Below, piece by piece: positions 24,975 through 37,990 of a stretch of 64,000 nucleotides of DNA. Where the stretch lies: NCBI RefSeq assembly GCF_004010195.1, contig NC_057711.1, positions 79,563,570 to 79,627,569 of the forward strand, in the 5' to 3' direction. Positions within the stretch are counted from its first letter, which is position 1. Every line of letters begins with the position of its first letter. Both the position numbers and the translations under genes were made by a program. The DNA comes from Chiloscyllium plagiosum (lineage: Eukaryota). The notes below the pieces were generated by a model. The model was not told the origin of the DNA, ran no database searches, and saw only the letters and a program-made list of their open reading frames with translations.

Positions 24975-25590
24975 ATCAAGGGACAAAAGGAGGACTGGAA
25001 TAAGCACAATAACTATCACCAAAGAAAACGTGATAGGGTACCTAATAGGGCTAGAGACTGATAGTTCCCCTAAACTTGATGGGCTTCTCCCTAGGATATT
25101 ATCAAAAGTAGCTACTGAGATAGTGAATGCACTGGTATTAATCTTGCATGAATCCTTAGATTCTGGAAGTGTTCCAGAAGATTTGAAAACTGCCAATGCT
25201 ACACCTCTGTTTGAAAAGCAAAGTAGACAACAGGAAGCTAGAGGCCAGTTAGCTTAACATCTGTTATTGGGCAGAATGTTAGAATCTATTATTAGGAATG
25301 TAATAGCAGAGCATTTAGAGATACATAATATGATTAAGCAGAGTCAGCACACCTTCATGAAGGGGAAACTGTGCTTGACAAATTTAATGGAGCTCTTTGA
25401 GGAGGTAACAAATAGGGAAGGCAAATGAAATGTTGGCCTTTATTTCAAAAAGAATGGAATATAAAAGTAGGCAGCTTTTGCTAAACCTGTGCAAAGCACT
25501 AGTTGGACCACTACTGGAATCCTGCAGTTTTACGCCCTTTTATATAAGGAACATATATTTTTATTGGAGACAGTCTAAAGAGGATTATGG
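24975..25590 (+). mobile_element. Old CR1 ORF2 fragments
   Basis: DSSPKLDGLLPRILSKVATEIVNAL...VPEDLKTANATPLFEK; MLAFISKRMEYKSR. Confidence 0.8.
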
Positions 25591-26215
25591 AGTCACAATC
25601 ATAGATGTCTACAGCACATAAAAAGGCCCTTTAGCACATTGAATTTGTTCTGGCCACCCAAGTAATTCTGATCCCGTTTTCCGGCACTTGGGCCATAGCC
25701 TTGTATGTCATGGTATTTCAAACACATATCTAAATGCTACTTAAATGCTATGAGGGTTTCTGCCGTTACCATGCTGATAGGCAATGTGTTCCACCACTCT
25801 GAGTGAAAAAGGAATTCCCCTCTAACCCTCCTGCTCCTTACCTTAAATCTATTCCTCTGGTCATTGATCCCTCTGCCAAGGGGAAAGTTTCCTACTGTTT
25901 ACTCAAACTATGCCCCTCAAACTTTTATCAGTCTTAAACATGTCCCACTCAATCTCCTCTGCCCCAAGGAAAACAACCTCCAGTCTATCAAAACTCTCTT
26001 CATAATAAATCTCTCCAGCTCAGGCAACATCCTGGTAAATCTCCTCTGCACCCACTCCAATGCCATCAGATCTCTCGTGTAATGTGGATTTCAGAACTGT
26101 ACACCATACTGTATCTGTGGCCTGGCCAACATTTTAAACCTTTCCACCATCACCTCCCTGCTCTTAAACTCTGTCTCGGCTATTAAAGGCAAGTATGCCA
26201 TATATCGTCTTAATT
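25590..26215 (-). mobile_element. CR1 LINE 3' fragment
   Basis: ATCATAGA tail; GGCAACATCCTGGTAAATCTCCTCTGCACCC block shared with other copies. Confidence 0.8.
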
Positions 26216-27675
26216 CCAGAGCATTAATCTGAACTTCCAGATTACCAGCCTGGTGACTACTTTGTTTGTTGGTATTTCAATATTTTTTATTCTTAATCCA
26301 ATCATAATCATTTATTTTGCTATCAGAAAATGTAAAACACCCCAATTGCTATTTGTGAGAATACTTCAGCGTGAATTGTCTACTCACCCTGCAGCTCCAT
26401 GTCTGGAGAATCCTTTGACATGTTGCTACGTTTAAACTTGTTAGAAAAGAGAAAGTCTACATCATAAAAATCACTAGATCTTTGTGGGCAACTTCTGTAA
26501 AGGTAATCTGTGCATACCTTTACTGCTAACCACAAAATCCAGCTATAAATATACTTTAGATGTTAGTGTCCATATATTAATTAATTTTATAAAGTTGTTT
26601 TCTTTCAATCTCTTTGTCTCTCAAAAATACTCTTTTGATTATTTTCAAATAACTTTATTAGCAGTCTTTTATAAATAAATTACAGTTAAAAATAATTTCA
26701 AGTAATGAATGCTTTATTATTTAGATGCTGTTGATGGTAAAAATAAAATGAAAGGCATAAGCCTATTTTTGTGCTCCACCTCTGCTTTGGTGGCAAGAAA
26801 CCCACATTATATAGTCCATCAGTATTCAGTTTAAGCAGTCAGGCCACAGGAAATATTTTAAGAAGGCATTGCTTCATGGATCAAAGAACGCAAACCACTA
26901 AACAAACACACTGTATGACTAAATTGTCCTGTATGTTTACAGAAGCAACAGACACCAGAATGCTACATTTCCTGTTGAAAAGGTTTTGTGCTGACAGTTT
27001 TGACCTACTATTGGGTTTCTGCTTTCTATTGACAGTGTTCTCATCAAGTACAGGCTAAACATATATCGACAGCTGGACAGATAATTGTGGGTGTGCAGTG
27101 TTGCACATTAACCTGTGTTTAAGATAGTTCTTTATTTTGTGAAGTTGTTGTTAGGTACAAATGAGAACAAAGGAAAGGTCAAAAGGTCAGGATAAATCTT
27201 AAGCTAGTAGAATTTTTTGACGTGAAAACTAAACACAAAATTATGAAGCCTGTTGAGCTATTCAGGATATTTTCTTTTATGTTTCGTGGTTGAAAGCAGT
27301 TTTGTATCTCTGAAAACACTGCATCTAAAGGAAAGGGTCCAGGTGAAATAATGCTGTTCCTGTCATAAACTAAATTAACGAAAACCAAATTAGTCTCTTC
27401 CTTTTCTCGCTTTAGTGTGACCACTGTGGCAGTGATTTTTACTTTCATCCTTGCACAATTCAGGAGTTTGAATATCAATTGCAGGAAAATTAAATTGAGA
27501 TTTTTTGTGAATGTTAATGAACAGTATTACAAAACATTGACATAAATCAAGCTTGCTGATAGAAATAATGTTAGTTTCTATATCTTAATGCAGGTTAGTG
27601 ACATATTGCTTGCAAGTCATTCATTTTCTGTCTGGTTGTGTATTGCAAACAATCAGCACTTGAAAGTTAATGAAC

Positions 27676-30600
27676 TCATAGAAGTCATAGAAAAGTACAG
27701 CACAGAACAGGCCCTTTGGCCCATGAAGTTGTGCTGAGGTTAATCCTAATGTAAAATATAGTAACTTAACCTACACGCTCCTCAACTCACTGCTATCCAT
27801 GTAATTGTCCAGCAGTCGCTTAAATGTCCCTAATGACTCTGCTTCCACCACCACAGCTGGCAACGCATTCCATGCATTCACAACTCTCTGCGTAAAGAAC
27901 CTACCTCTGACATCTCCTTTATACCTTCCTCCTAATATCTTCAAACTATGACTCCTCTTACCAGTCAATCCTGCCCTGGGGAAAAGTCTCTGGCTATTGG
28001 CTCTATCTATTCCAGTCATTATCTTGTATACCTCGATCAGGTCTCGTCTCTTCTTCCTTCTCTCCAGAGAGAAAAGTCCAAGCTTATTCAACCTTTCTTC
28101 ATAAGGCAAGCCATCCATTCCAGGCAGCATTCTGTTAAACCTTCTTTGCACCCTCTCCAAAGCCTCTGTATCTTTCCTATAATAGGGTGACCAGAACTGG
28201 ATACAATATTCCAAGTGTGGTCTCATCAGGGACTTGTAGAGCTGTAGCTAAACCTTGCGGCTCTTAAACCCTGTTAATGAAAGCCAAAACACACCATATG
28301 CTTTCTTAACAACCTTGGGTGGCCACTTTGAGGGATCTATGTACTTGCACACACACATCCCTCTGTGCCTCCACACTGCCAAGAATCCTGTCTTTAATCC
28401 TATATTCAGCATTCGAGTTCGACCTTCCAAAATGCATCACTTTGCATTTATCCAGGTTGAACTCCATCTGCCATTTCTCAGCCCTGTCTGCATCCTGTCT
28501 ATGTCGTGCTGCAGCCTGCAGTAGCCCTCTATACTATCGACGACACCTCCAACCTTTGTGTCATCTGCAAATTTACTAACCCACCCCTCAACCTCCTCAT
28601 CCAAATCATTTATAAAAACTACAAAGAGCAGAGGCCCAAGAACAGAACCTGTGTGACCCCACTCAACACTGACCTCCAGGCAGAATACCTACCATCTACA
28701 ACCACTCTCTGCCTTCTATCAGTCAGCCAATTCTGAATCCAGATAGCCAAATCTCCCTATATCCCATACTTCCTGATTTTATGAATGACCCTACCATGGG
28801 GAACCTTATCAAATGCCTTTCTGAAGTCCATATGCACCACATCCACTGCCTGATCTTCATCAACCTTGTCATGTCACCTCCTCAAAGAACTCAATAAGAT
28901 TTGTGAGGCATGACCTGCCCCTCACAAAGCCATGCTGACTGCCTTTAATCATACTATGCTTTTCCAAATAGTCATAAAACCTATCCCTCAGAATTATTTC
29001 CAAAACTTTGTTGACCACAAACGTAAGACTGACTGGTCTGTAATTGCCAGGGATTTCCCTATTACCCTTCTTGAAAAGAGGAACAATATTCGCCTCCTTC
29101 CAATCCTCCGGTACGAGGAGAGTGAGGAGGCAAATATCCTTGCCAGCGGCTTAGCAACCTCCTTTCTTGCTTCCTGGAGCAGCCTAGGATAAATCTGGTC
29201 TGGCCCTGGAGATTTATCAATCTTAATATTTTCCAAAATTTCTAGCACATCAACTTCATCAATCTTGATCTGGTCAAGACTGTATCCCAGCTCCTCATAG
29301 ATTTAGTTTACGACAAGTTCCCTTTCCTTAGTGAAAACCGAAGCAAAAAACACATCTAGGGCTTCCCCTATCTGCTCAGACTCCACGCACAAGTTCCCTC
29401 CGCTATCCCTGATCGGCCCTACCTTCTCCTTGATGATTCTCTTATTCCTCACGTATGAGTAAAATGCCTTTGGGTTCTCCCTAATCCTTCTTGCCTTTTT
29501 TGTTCCCCTCCTGGCTCTCCTCAGTCCATTTCTGAGCTCCTTTCTAGCAAGCCTGTAATCCTCTAAAGCTATGCTAGATCCCTACTTCCTCCACCTTACG
29601 TAAGCTGCCTTCTTCCTTTTGACAAGAAGTTCCCCTGTTGCCGTTATCCAAGGTTCCTTAACTTTACCCCTTCTTATCTGTCTCAGAGGAACAAATTCAT
29701 GCATCACTCGCAACAACTGCTCCTTAAATAGTCTCCACATGTCTACTGTGCCCTTTCTGTGGAACAATTGCTCCCAGTCTGTACTTCCCAACTCCTGTCT
29801 GATAGCGTCATAATTTCCTTTTCCCCAATTAAATATCTTCCCTCGGTAACTGCTCCTTTCACTCTCCAAGGCTATGCTAAATGTGAGGCAGTTGTGATCA
29901 CTTTCACCAAACTGCTCTCCCACCGCGAGATCTGACACCTGTCCTGGCTCGTTGCTGAGCACCAAATCCAAAATGGCCTCTCCCCTCGTCAGTCTGTCTA
30001 CATACTGAGTAAGGAAACCCTCCTGAGCACACCTGACAAAAACAGCTCCATCCAAACCATCTGCACTTAGGAGGTTCCATTCGATATTGGGAAAGTTGAA
30101 ATCACTCATAACAACAACCCTGCTACTTCTGCATTTTTCCAGAATCTACCCGCCTATGAGTTCTTCGATCTCTCTACTGCTATTAGGTGGTCTGTAGAAA
30201 ACTCCCAATGTGGTGGCTGTTCCCTTGCTGTTCCTAACTTCCACTCATACTGACTCAATAGACAAATCTTCCTCGTTTCTGTAGCTGTGATGCACTCTCT
30301 GTTCAGCAATGCTACACCCCCTCCTCTTTTTCTACCCTTCTTTTTTTTAAAACATTCTAAACCCTGGAACATCAAGCAACCATTCCTACCCCTGTGAAAC
30401 TCACGTCTCCGTTATGGCCACAACATCGTAGCCCCAAGTACTGATCCATGCTCTAAGTTCGTCACTCTTATTTCAGACACTCCTTGCATTAAAGCAGACA
30501 CACTTTAACCGATCCCTTTGTTTCATTGCATGATAAACCTTCCTGATAGATTCAATACATCCTGTCACTGCCCCGTCTGCAACTGACCCCCTCTCAGACA

Positions 30601-30805
30601 TGTGGCTCTTATTCCCATCTCCCTGCCAAACCAGTTTCAACTCTCCCGAATCACACGATCACCCAGGACATTTGTGCCCCTCCAGTTCAGATGCAACCCA
30701 TCCTTTATGTACAGGTCCCACCTTCCCCAGAATGTATTCCAATCTCGCCCACTTAAAACCTTCCCAGAAGTCCTTCGCTCCTCCCTCGCACCTCTCGGCA
30801 AACTG
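27676..30805 (-). mobile_element. Long CR1 LINE: end of ORF1 (esterase-like), ORF2 endonuclease and RT, 3' tail; disrupted
   Basis: DGLHLNWRGT (ORF1 end); RGGGVALL, DFNFPNIEW, TRGEAILDLVLSN, SDHN (APE endonuclease); KSPGPDQIYPRLL; RPHLEYCIQFWSPYY...WNALP; frameshifts and deletions. Confidence 0.95.
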
Positions 30806-32790
30806 TTGTAGATTTGCATGCGTTATGTTTTTGGCATGGTAATAAAACCAAAGTAATTTGAATATCAGGTTTACTCCAATAATTCGTACAATCTAGGTAT
30901 ACAATATTCAAATTTAAAACATTAATTTTGTTTTATACTGCAAAGAACTTCTCAACTGCTCAATGCTTGACTCATATTGCTCTTTGCCTTCAATACGACT
31001 GTCAAAGTTTAAATATTTTTTAAAACTCCTCCAATTTCATGGTCGCATTTGTCTTGGAATTTACATTTAATAAAGAAATTCCAATGTTCTTGTTGTTAGA
31101 AGACCAACTGAATAGATTCTGTACTGTGTGGAAAGAATAGCCATATCAAATGTTCTGAATGACAAGATAAGAATAGAATGGTATGGCTTTTCCTCATATA
31201 TCATTATTTATATGCTTTGGATTTTGCTGCTGGACATTTTTTAAAGCAATAGGTCCTTCTATTTAGAGAGCACCTTTGAGAAAAGCAATTTTCACAAAAG
31301 TATATCTTTCCTTCTAAGAAAAAAGACCGTGGAAACAAATTGCCTAACAAAAGTGTGACCAAAAGCTCAGTCACAGAGGCAGGTTGCAATGCAATCTTTG
31401 AAGAAGGTTCGAAGGTGTTTAGTGATTGAATTTTTGGTTGTGTGCTCCTCTACAAGCAGAAGACTTGGCTGCCAATGGTGAGGCAATGGAGTTGTGGGAA
31501 GGCGGTCATAATTTCCAAAATGAGCCACGGACAATGGGAGATTGAATTTGGGATTGTAAGACTGGAGGAATTTAAAGAGATAATCAGAAATAAGAGTAAC
31601 AGTGGTTAATCTAGTCCATCAAGCCTCCTCTACTATTGAAGAAAATCGTGACTGATCTGATTGTGGCCTTAATTCAATTTCTTACCTGTCCCCCATTGAC
31701 TCCCTTGTTGATCAAAGCCTTGTTCCTCAGCATTTAATATATGAAATGAACCAGCCTTAACCACCACATGTGGAACAATTCCAAAGTCTAATGCTCCTTT
31801 CAGAGAAGAAATTCCTCCTAATCTTAAATGAGAGACCATTTACTTTTAAAAAGTGATCCCTAGGTCTGGATCTCACTACCCTTGCCCTCCAACCCATTTG
31901 CATGAAAGAAATAGCCTCTCTACATCAATCTAGTGAAACCACCTCAGAATCTTAAAAAACTCATATGTTTTAACAAGATTTCTTCGCATTTTTCTAAACT
32001 GCAATGAGTATTGGACTAACCTGCTCAATCTTTCCTGATAAAATAATCCTCTCCATCTGAGGAATGTCCCTATGGAACATTCTCTGAACTGTTTTAAATG
32101 CAAGAGTGTCTCGTCTTAATTAAGGAGATCAAGACTGAAAATTCTGTAGGTGCCACCAATACCTTGTATAGCTGTAATAGATCTTTTCTACTTTTATACT
32201 CCATCCTGCCTGCAAAGAAGGACAACATTTGATTTGCTTCCTAATTACTTGTTATACCTGCATGCAAATATTTTTGTGATTCATCTACATGGACATCCAG
32301 ATCCCTCTATATGGCAGCATTCTGCAGTCTCTCTCTATTTAAATATTTTGCTAGTCTACTTTCTCTGTCAAAGTGGACCAGCTCTCATTTTTCCACATTA
32401 TATTCCACTCACCTTTTTTTTTGACCCCACATGTCCCACTTTTATCTCCATACAGATTTGTTTTTGTATCCTCCTCATAATTTGTTTTCCAACCAAACTT
32501 TATTTCATCAGGCAAATTTTGCTACAACACAGTCAATTCCTTAATCTAAGTCACTCATGTAGAACCTTAACTGGACTCACCACATAAACACAGTGATGAC
32601 AAGAACAGGTCAGAGGCAAGGAATACTGCTGTGATGAACTCATATCCTGACTCCCCAAAGTTTGTCCACTATCCACAAGGCACAAGTCAGAAGTCAGGAG
32701 TGTGATGGAATACTTCCCACTTGTTTGGATGGGTGCAGCTACAACATTACTCAAGAACCTTGACTCCATCCAGGACAAAGCAGCCTGCTT

Positions 32791-33018
32791 GAATCATAGA
32801 ATCCCTGCAGAGTGGAAGCAAGCTATTTGGCCCATCAAATCCACAACGACACTCTGATGAGCATCCTACCTAGATCCAATCCCTCTACCTTACTCCGTAA
32901 GCCTGCATTTCCCATGGCTAATACACCTAATCTGCACATCCTTGAATGCTATGGCAATTTAGCATAGCCAATCCACCTAACCTGCACATGTTTGGACTGT
33001 GGGAAGAAACTGGACCAC
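32791..33018 (-). mobile_element. HE1-type V-SINE, 5'-truncated
   Basis: GAATCATAGAATCCC tail; reverse-complement similarity to 14640-14865. Confidence 0.85.
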
Positions 33019-33090
33019 ATTAGGATTAACCCTCAGCACAACATCATTGGCCAAAGGACCTGCTCTGTGGTGTATTTTTCTATGTTCTAT
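33017..33090 (+). mobile_element. CR1 extreme 3' tail (same family as the 27676 element)
   Basis: ACATTAGGATTAACCCTCAGCACAACATCA..GGCCAAAGG matches the reverse complement of 27680-27752. Confidence 0.85.
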
Positions 33091-34776
33091 CCACTTCCAT
33101 CTAGAAGGACAAGAACAACAGATACATGGAAACACCGCCACCTTCAAGTCCTCCTCAAGCTACTCACCACACTGAAATATATTTGAAATGTATTGCCATT
33201 GCTTCACTGTCTGGGTCAAAATCATGGAATTCTCTCCCTAACAGCATTGTAGGTCAACCAAAACAGGTGGACTGCGGCAGTTCAAGAAAAAGCAGCTCAG
33301 CACCACCTTCTCAAGGGCAACTAGGGACGGGCAATAAATACTGACCAGCCAGTGACACCCACATCCCACAAAACTAATAATAAAAAAAAGTAAACACTTG
33401 AGGTCCCATTTAGTTCCAATTTGCTAACCTGAAAATATCTTGTTGAACCCAGTACTCTCATTTCCTGTTAGTCAATCCTCCAGTCTAATATAATATTACT
33501 CCCAACACGAGGAGCTCTTGTACAGAAACCTTTTATGTGGCAGCTGATTTTTTTAAAGACCTAAATACATTACATTGACTGATTTCCCTTTTCTGTCCCT
33601 GCTTATGCATCCTCAAAGAACTCAATAAATTTTGTCAAACACTATTTCTCTTTCACAGAACTCTGTTGACTCCGCTTTCTGACATTATGCTTTCCTCAAT
33701 GTGCTCCTGTACATACTTAAGCGATCCAAGTGTTTTCCCAGTGACAGCTGTTAGAGTGAGTAGCACAGAGCCTCCTGTGTTTTGTCCCCCTCCTTTTTTG
33801 ACTAATGTCATTTACATTTTTGCAATACAGTAGAACCTTTTGAGAATGTAGGGAATGTAGGAAGATTACAACCAGTAAATTGACTACCTTTGCAGCCAGT
33901 TCTTTTAAGACCCTAGAATACAGACCTTCAAGGGCACTATTTTCTAGTGATGCTGCTTGTTCCAAATTCCTCCCTCATTTTTGACCCCTGGTTTTCTATT
34001 ACCCTTGAGATGCTTTTTTTGTGTGTCTTCTGTTATGACAACAGATAAAAATACCTGTTCAAATACTCTGCCATATCCTTGTTTGTCCTTATTAATTCTG
34101 CAGTCTCACCCTCTAAGGAAACCAATGCTTAATTTAGTTATGCTTTTCTCTGACATATGCTTGTAAAATATTTCACTGACTAAGAAATTTTATTTTATGC
34201 TCTCCAATTTCTCCCCCTTTAATATTAGTTTAGTCATCTTTTGTTCCTTTTCTCAAGTTTTGCAGTCTTGTGGCTGCCACTAATCTTTGCAGCAATGTAT
34301 ACCTTTTCCTTCAGTGTGGTAGCATATTAAAATTACACCTAATCATTACAATCTTTATTTCTCAATGGAATATATAATTAGCAAGATTGGGACTAGATTG
34401 GGTTGGGATATCTGATCGGAATGGACAGGTTGGACCGAAGGGTCTTTTTCCATGCTGTACATCTCTATTTCCTTAATTGTCTGCCACTACTTCTCTACAA
34501 TCTTACCATATAACTGATATTTCACTTATATTTCAGCTAACTCTGTCTTCATATCCTTCTAAATGTTTTACTTGGGAAGTTGGACACACTTGTTTCAGAC
34601 CCAAGTTTCTCACCTTCAAATTGAATGTGAAATTCTGTCATTTCATGTTTACCCTGATCTAAAGGAAGCTTTTTGGAGGCAGTCATAAGTTAATCCTGTT
34701 CCATAACGCATTACTACTATTCCTTAATTAGTGCTGGAAAAACACAGCACGCCAGGCAGCATCCGAGGAGCAGGAG

Positions 34777-34812
34777 AATCGATATTTCGGGCATAAGCCC
34801 TTCTTCAGGAAT
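34777..34812 (-). ncRNA. Minimal type I hammerhead ribozyme motif (PLE-type), core intact
   Basis: AUUC-CUGAAGA-A-GGGC-UUAU-GCCC-GAAA-UA-UC-GAUU; perfect 4-bp helix II; palindromic AUAU in place of helix III. Confidence 0.7.
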
Positions 34813-34875
34813 GAGCTGAAATTGTGTTGCTGGAAAAGCGCAGCAGGTCAGGCAGCATCCAAGGAGCAGGAGAAT

Positions 34876-34927
34876 NNNNNNNNNNNNNNNNNNNNNNNNN
34901 NNNNNNNNNNNNNNNNNNNNNNNNNNN
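34876..34927. other. Assembly gap (52 N)
   Basis: Run of n. Confidence 1.
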
Positions 34928-36358
34928 CAGAGAGGTTGGGAAGAAGATTGCAGGTTAAGAGGGCAGTGCTGAATCCGGGGGTTGGGACTGAGATAAGGTG
35001 AAGGTAGAGGAAATGAGGAATCTGGAGAAATCTACATTCAGTGGGAAACTACAAATGGCTCCTACCAATTATTAGTTTTTCACTGATACTTCTTATTTTC
35101 CAAATTGATTCCCTGAACCAAGATAATTTCTTCCTATTTACTGATCATATCCTCCATTAACAGAGCTACCTCACCTCATTTTTGCTACTTGCTGTGCTTC
35201 TGATAAAGATAACATTCCATTAACCTTCTTAATTACTTGTTGTGATTCAAGCGCAAGAACACCTAAATCCCAGTACGTTTGAAATCAGCAATCATTCTCT
35301 TTTAAGTAACGCTCATTTATTCTTCCTGCCAGTGTGAGCAACTTCACATTTTCCCATATTATACTCCTGTCACATTTTGGCCCATGTACTCAACCTATTT
35401 ATATCTATCTGCAACTTCCTTGTGTCCTTCTTAGAATAGACTTTCATATCAATCTTTGTTTGATCTGCAAATTTAGCTACCATGTCTTCACTGTTCTCAT
35501 GCAAGTTATTGAGATAAATTATAAAAAACTGAAGGACCCAGCATAGGCCCTTGCAAGACTATATTTTCTGACAATCAAGTAAAGACTTATTTATGTAAAT
35601 TATCTGTTTTATACCAGCTATCATTCTACTGTCAACACCACGTATACCTACTTGTACAGTAACCTTTTATGTGGTATCTTGTCAAAGTCCTTCTGGATAT
35701 CCAAGTGTAGCATGTCTACAGGTTCCCCTTTATCCACAGCCCATGTTACTCTTTCTTTTAAATAAATATGATAAGTTGATTAAACATGATTCCTGTTTCA
35801 CAAAAGAATGCTGGCTCTTTCTGATTATCTTGAATTTTTCTATGTGTGTAGCTGCAATCCATGTAATGATCACTCCTGAAACCTTTCCAAGGTAAATGTG
35901 AAGCTATCTGGCTTGGTCATGGTTAGAGGAGTTATGTTTGCTACTTTTCAGTCCAGTGGAGCCTTCTGAGAGTCCGCTGAATTTTGGAAAATTAATGTCA
36001 AAGCATTTTCTACCTAAGTAGCCATCTCTTTTAGGACACTAGGATGAAGTCCATCAGAGCCTGGGACTTGTCAGCCTGCATCTTCAACCCACATCAGTTT
36101 TCTCTGTGCTATTGTGTTTTGTTAAATCTAGACTACTAATTAGTCTTAATATTATTTGATACTAGATGTAAGATGTGATACTAATATTACTTAATACTTA
36201 GTACTTAATATTAGACCACTAGACTAATTAAACAGAGACAACAATTGTACTTCTGATGTCCTTTGCATAACTGGGATCTTTCCATTAACTGGTTTTTAAT
36301 CTCTTACTAATACCTCTTTCAAAGTGAATATAATACAGGCTGATGTTTGTCGTTTCAG

Positions 36359-36478
36359 AGCTCCTCAGTGTCACCATCAGCCAGTTTCAGAACTGCAGAG
36401 AAGCACAGAAACTCAAATGATTATTCCACAGATAGTAAAAAGCAGAAGACTGATGATAAGGATTTAGCAAATCGTTAT
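36359..36478 (+). CDS. TLE4: TLE4-like Groucho co-repressor, internal exon (~exon 9; CcN region with basic NLS-like KKQK)
   Basis: ttcag|AGC...TAT|gtgagt; 120 nt, phase 0/0; SSSVSPSASFRTAEKHRNSNDYSTDSKKQKTDDKDLANRY, close to recalled vertebrate TLE4 (SSSVSPSASFRGAEKHRNS...). Confidence 0.96.
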
Positions 36479-37570
36479 GTGAGTAACAGTCAAAATTATG
36501 GGCATGCCATGACTTTTTCTAATCAAATTTTGATTAAATCTTGGATCTGTTCTCAGTTATTTGTCTTTATATTTCGTATTTTTACGAATTATGATTTTCA
36601 ACTTCTAAAAACAATCACCCCATTGAGGAAGAAGGAGAAAATAATGCTTAAGTTTTTTTTTCCCTAACAGTATGATTGTTTCAATAAACTGTCTCGTAGT
36701 AGATTGCTTTTCTGAAAATACGAGTTTTTCTGAAAGTGCTGAATTATTCATGTAAGAAGAAAGGAATTAGCATTCGTCCCAACAGACATGGGAAAATGTA
36801 AAACTCACTTAAATTATGCCACCTCCTGAGTGTAACAGTATAGTCCTCAGAGACATTAGATCAGGAACACTAAACTGAGAGTCACATGCTTCTTATTATA
36901 TTATGGTGTTGCGCATTTGATCTAGAAATGTCTTGCTCCCAAAACAGTGACAGAGCAAAAGGGTGGCTGCTATGATGCAAGGTAAATAAGTACAGATGTG
37001 CTTACTATACCAAATATAACACTTCTTACTGGGTTGCTGTAATCTTTTATATTCCACGCTATTCTGTACATATACTGAATTTATTCAAATCAGAGTGAAG
37101 CTCCTTCCCCAACAACATGGCATGTTTCAACTTAAGCTCAGGGGAGCATTTAACACTGTAAATGGTGTGATTTTTTTCCCCCCATTTTTCAGCCTTGCTG
37201 TGTTGGACCATATAAACTGAGGACTGGTTAGAGATTGCCCAACTGCATTCGACCCAAGATAAAGGGCTTTTCTGTCTCCTGGCTGTTAAGAATCCTATGA
37301 AAGTAAAAGACGAGTATCTAAGCTGCATCTTCAGTTCAAAGCTTTCTGTTTTTATATCATTACAGTCTAACATCATGGCTATTATGGGGACTGCTATGTC
37401 ATTAATTAAACTGTTTTAAAATGTCTACTGATATATAATTAACTTTTATCCATGCATAGGTTGTTACCTCCATTACTATATATTTAAGCACTTGTCTGAG
37501 TACATTTGGAGTTAATGTGTATAGGCAATTTTTAAATGATTATGTATTATTTCTTTGTATTCATATTTAG

Positions 37571-37624
37571 GATAGTGATGGAGAGAAGAGTGATGATAAC
37601 TTGGTGGTGGATGTCTCCAATGAG
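37571..37624 (+). CDS. TLE4: TLE4 exon (~exon 10; acidic CK2-site segment of CcN)
   Basis: tttag|GAT...GAG|gtttgt; 54 nt; DSDGEKSDDNLVVDVSNE, a conserved TLE motif. Confidence 0.96.
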
Positions 37625-37972
37625 GTTTGTTGTGGTTTCTTTTAAAAATGTTGGATGTAGTCATTTGTTTTATGTTGACAGTTAACGTGGACTTCCTATT
37701 TATATTGGACTACTTTTTCTTGGCTCACTGTTCTTTCCATCAAGTATTGTTTTAAGCTTCTCAAATCTAATTTAAATGGCTATCAAAATAAAAAAGTGAC
37801 ATGTCTCTAAATATAATGGAAAATATGGTTATTGGAAATGCTTTATTGAATTTCAAAGCAATTTTGAATACTAGATACAAAACTCCACAAATGAATATGT
37901 GTTGTTTGTGTTTATCTGCAAATATGAAGTAAACGTGCATACCAGGGAGTGATTAGGGGACAGAGATATGAG

Positions 37973-37990
37973 ATATATATATATATATAT
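37973..37990. repeat. (AT)9 microsatellite
   Basis: Read directly. Confidence 0.95.

Larger units (their letters stand above)
32566..33390 (+). mobile_element. 3' part of second LINE family, interrupted at 32791-33090
   Basis: CAAGTCAGGAGTGTGATGGAATAC...CAGGACAAAGCAGCC; tail GGGCAATAAATACTG...CCCACATCCC + A-rich end; collinear with 56300-56865. Confidence 0.8.
34731..35040 (-). mobile_element. Penelope-like element 3' end with tandem pLTR copies spanning an assembly gap
   Basis: Two direct copies of GCTGGAAAAGC.CAGCAGG.CAGGCAGCATCC.AGGAGCAGGAGAAT (34731 and 34828); after the gap the minus strand reads NVDFSRFLIS, like a PLE ORF end. Confidence 0.8.
31580..36110 (-). mobile_element. Mosaic of old CR1 fragments hosting several younger insertions
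   Basis: EGLYSRVLKELAAKVVNLLVVIF (33717-33965) and decayed RT/tail blocks; + strand CR1 tail at 34381-34468. Confidence 0.65.
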
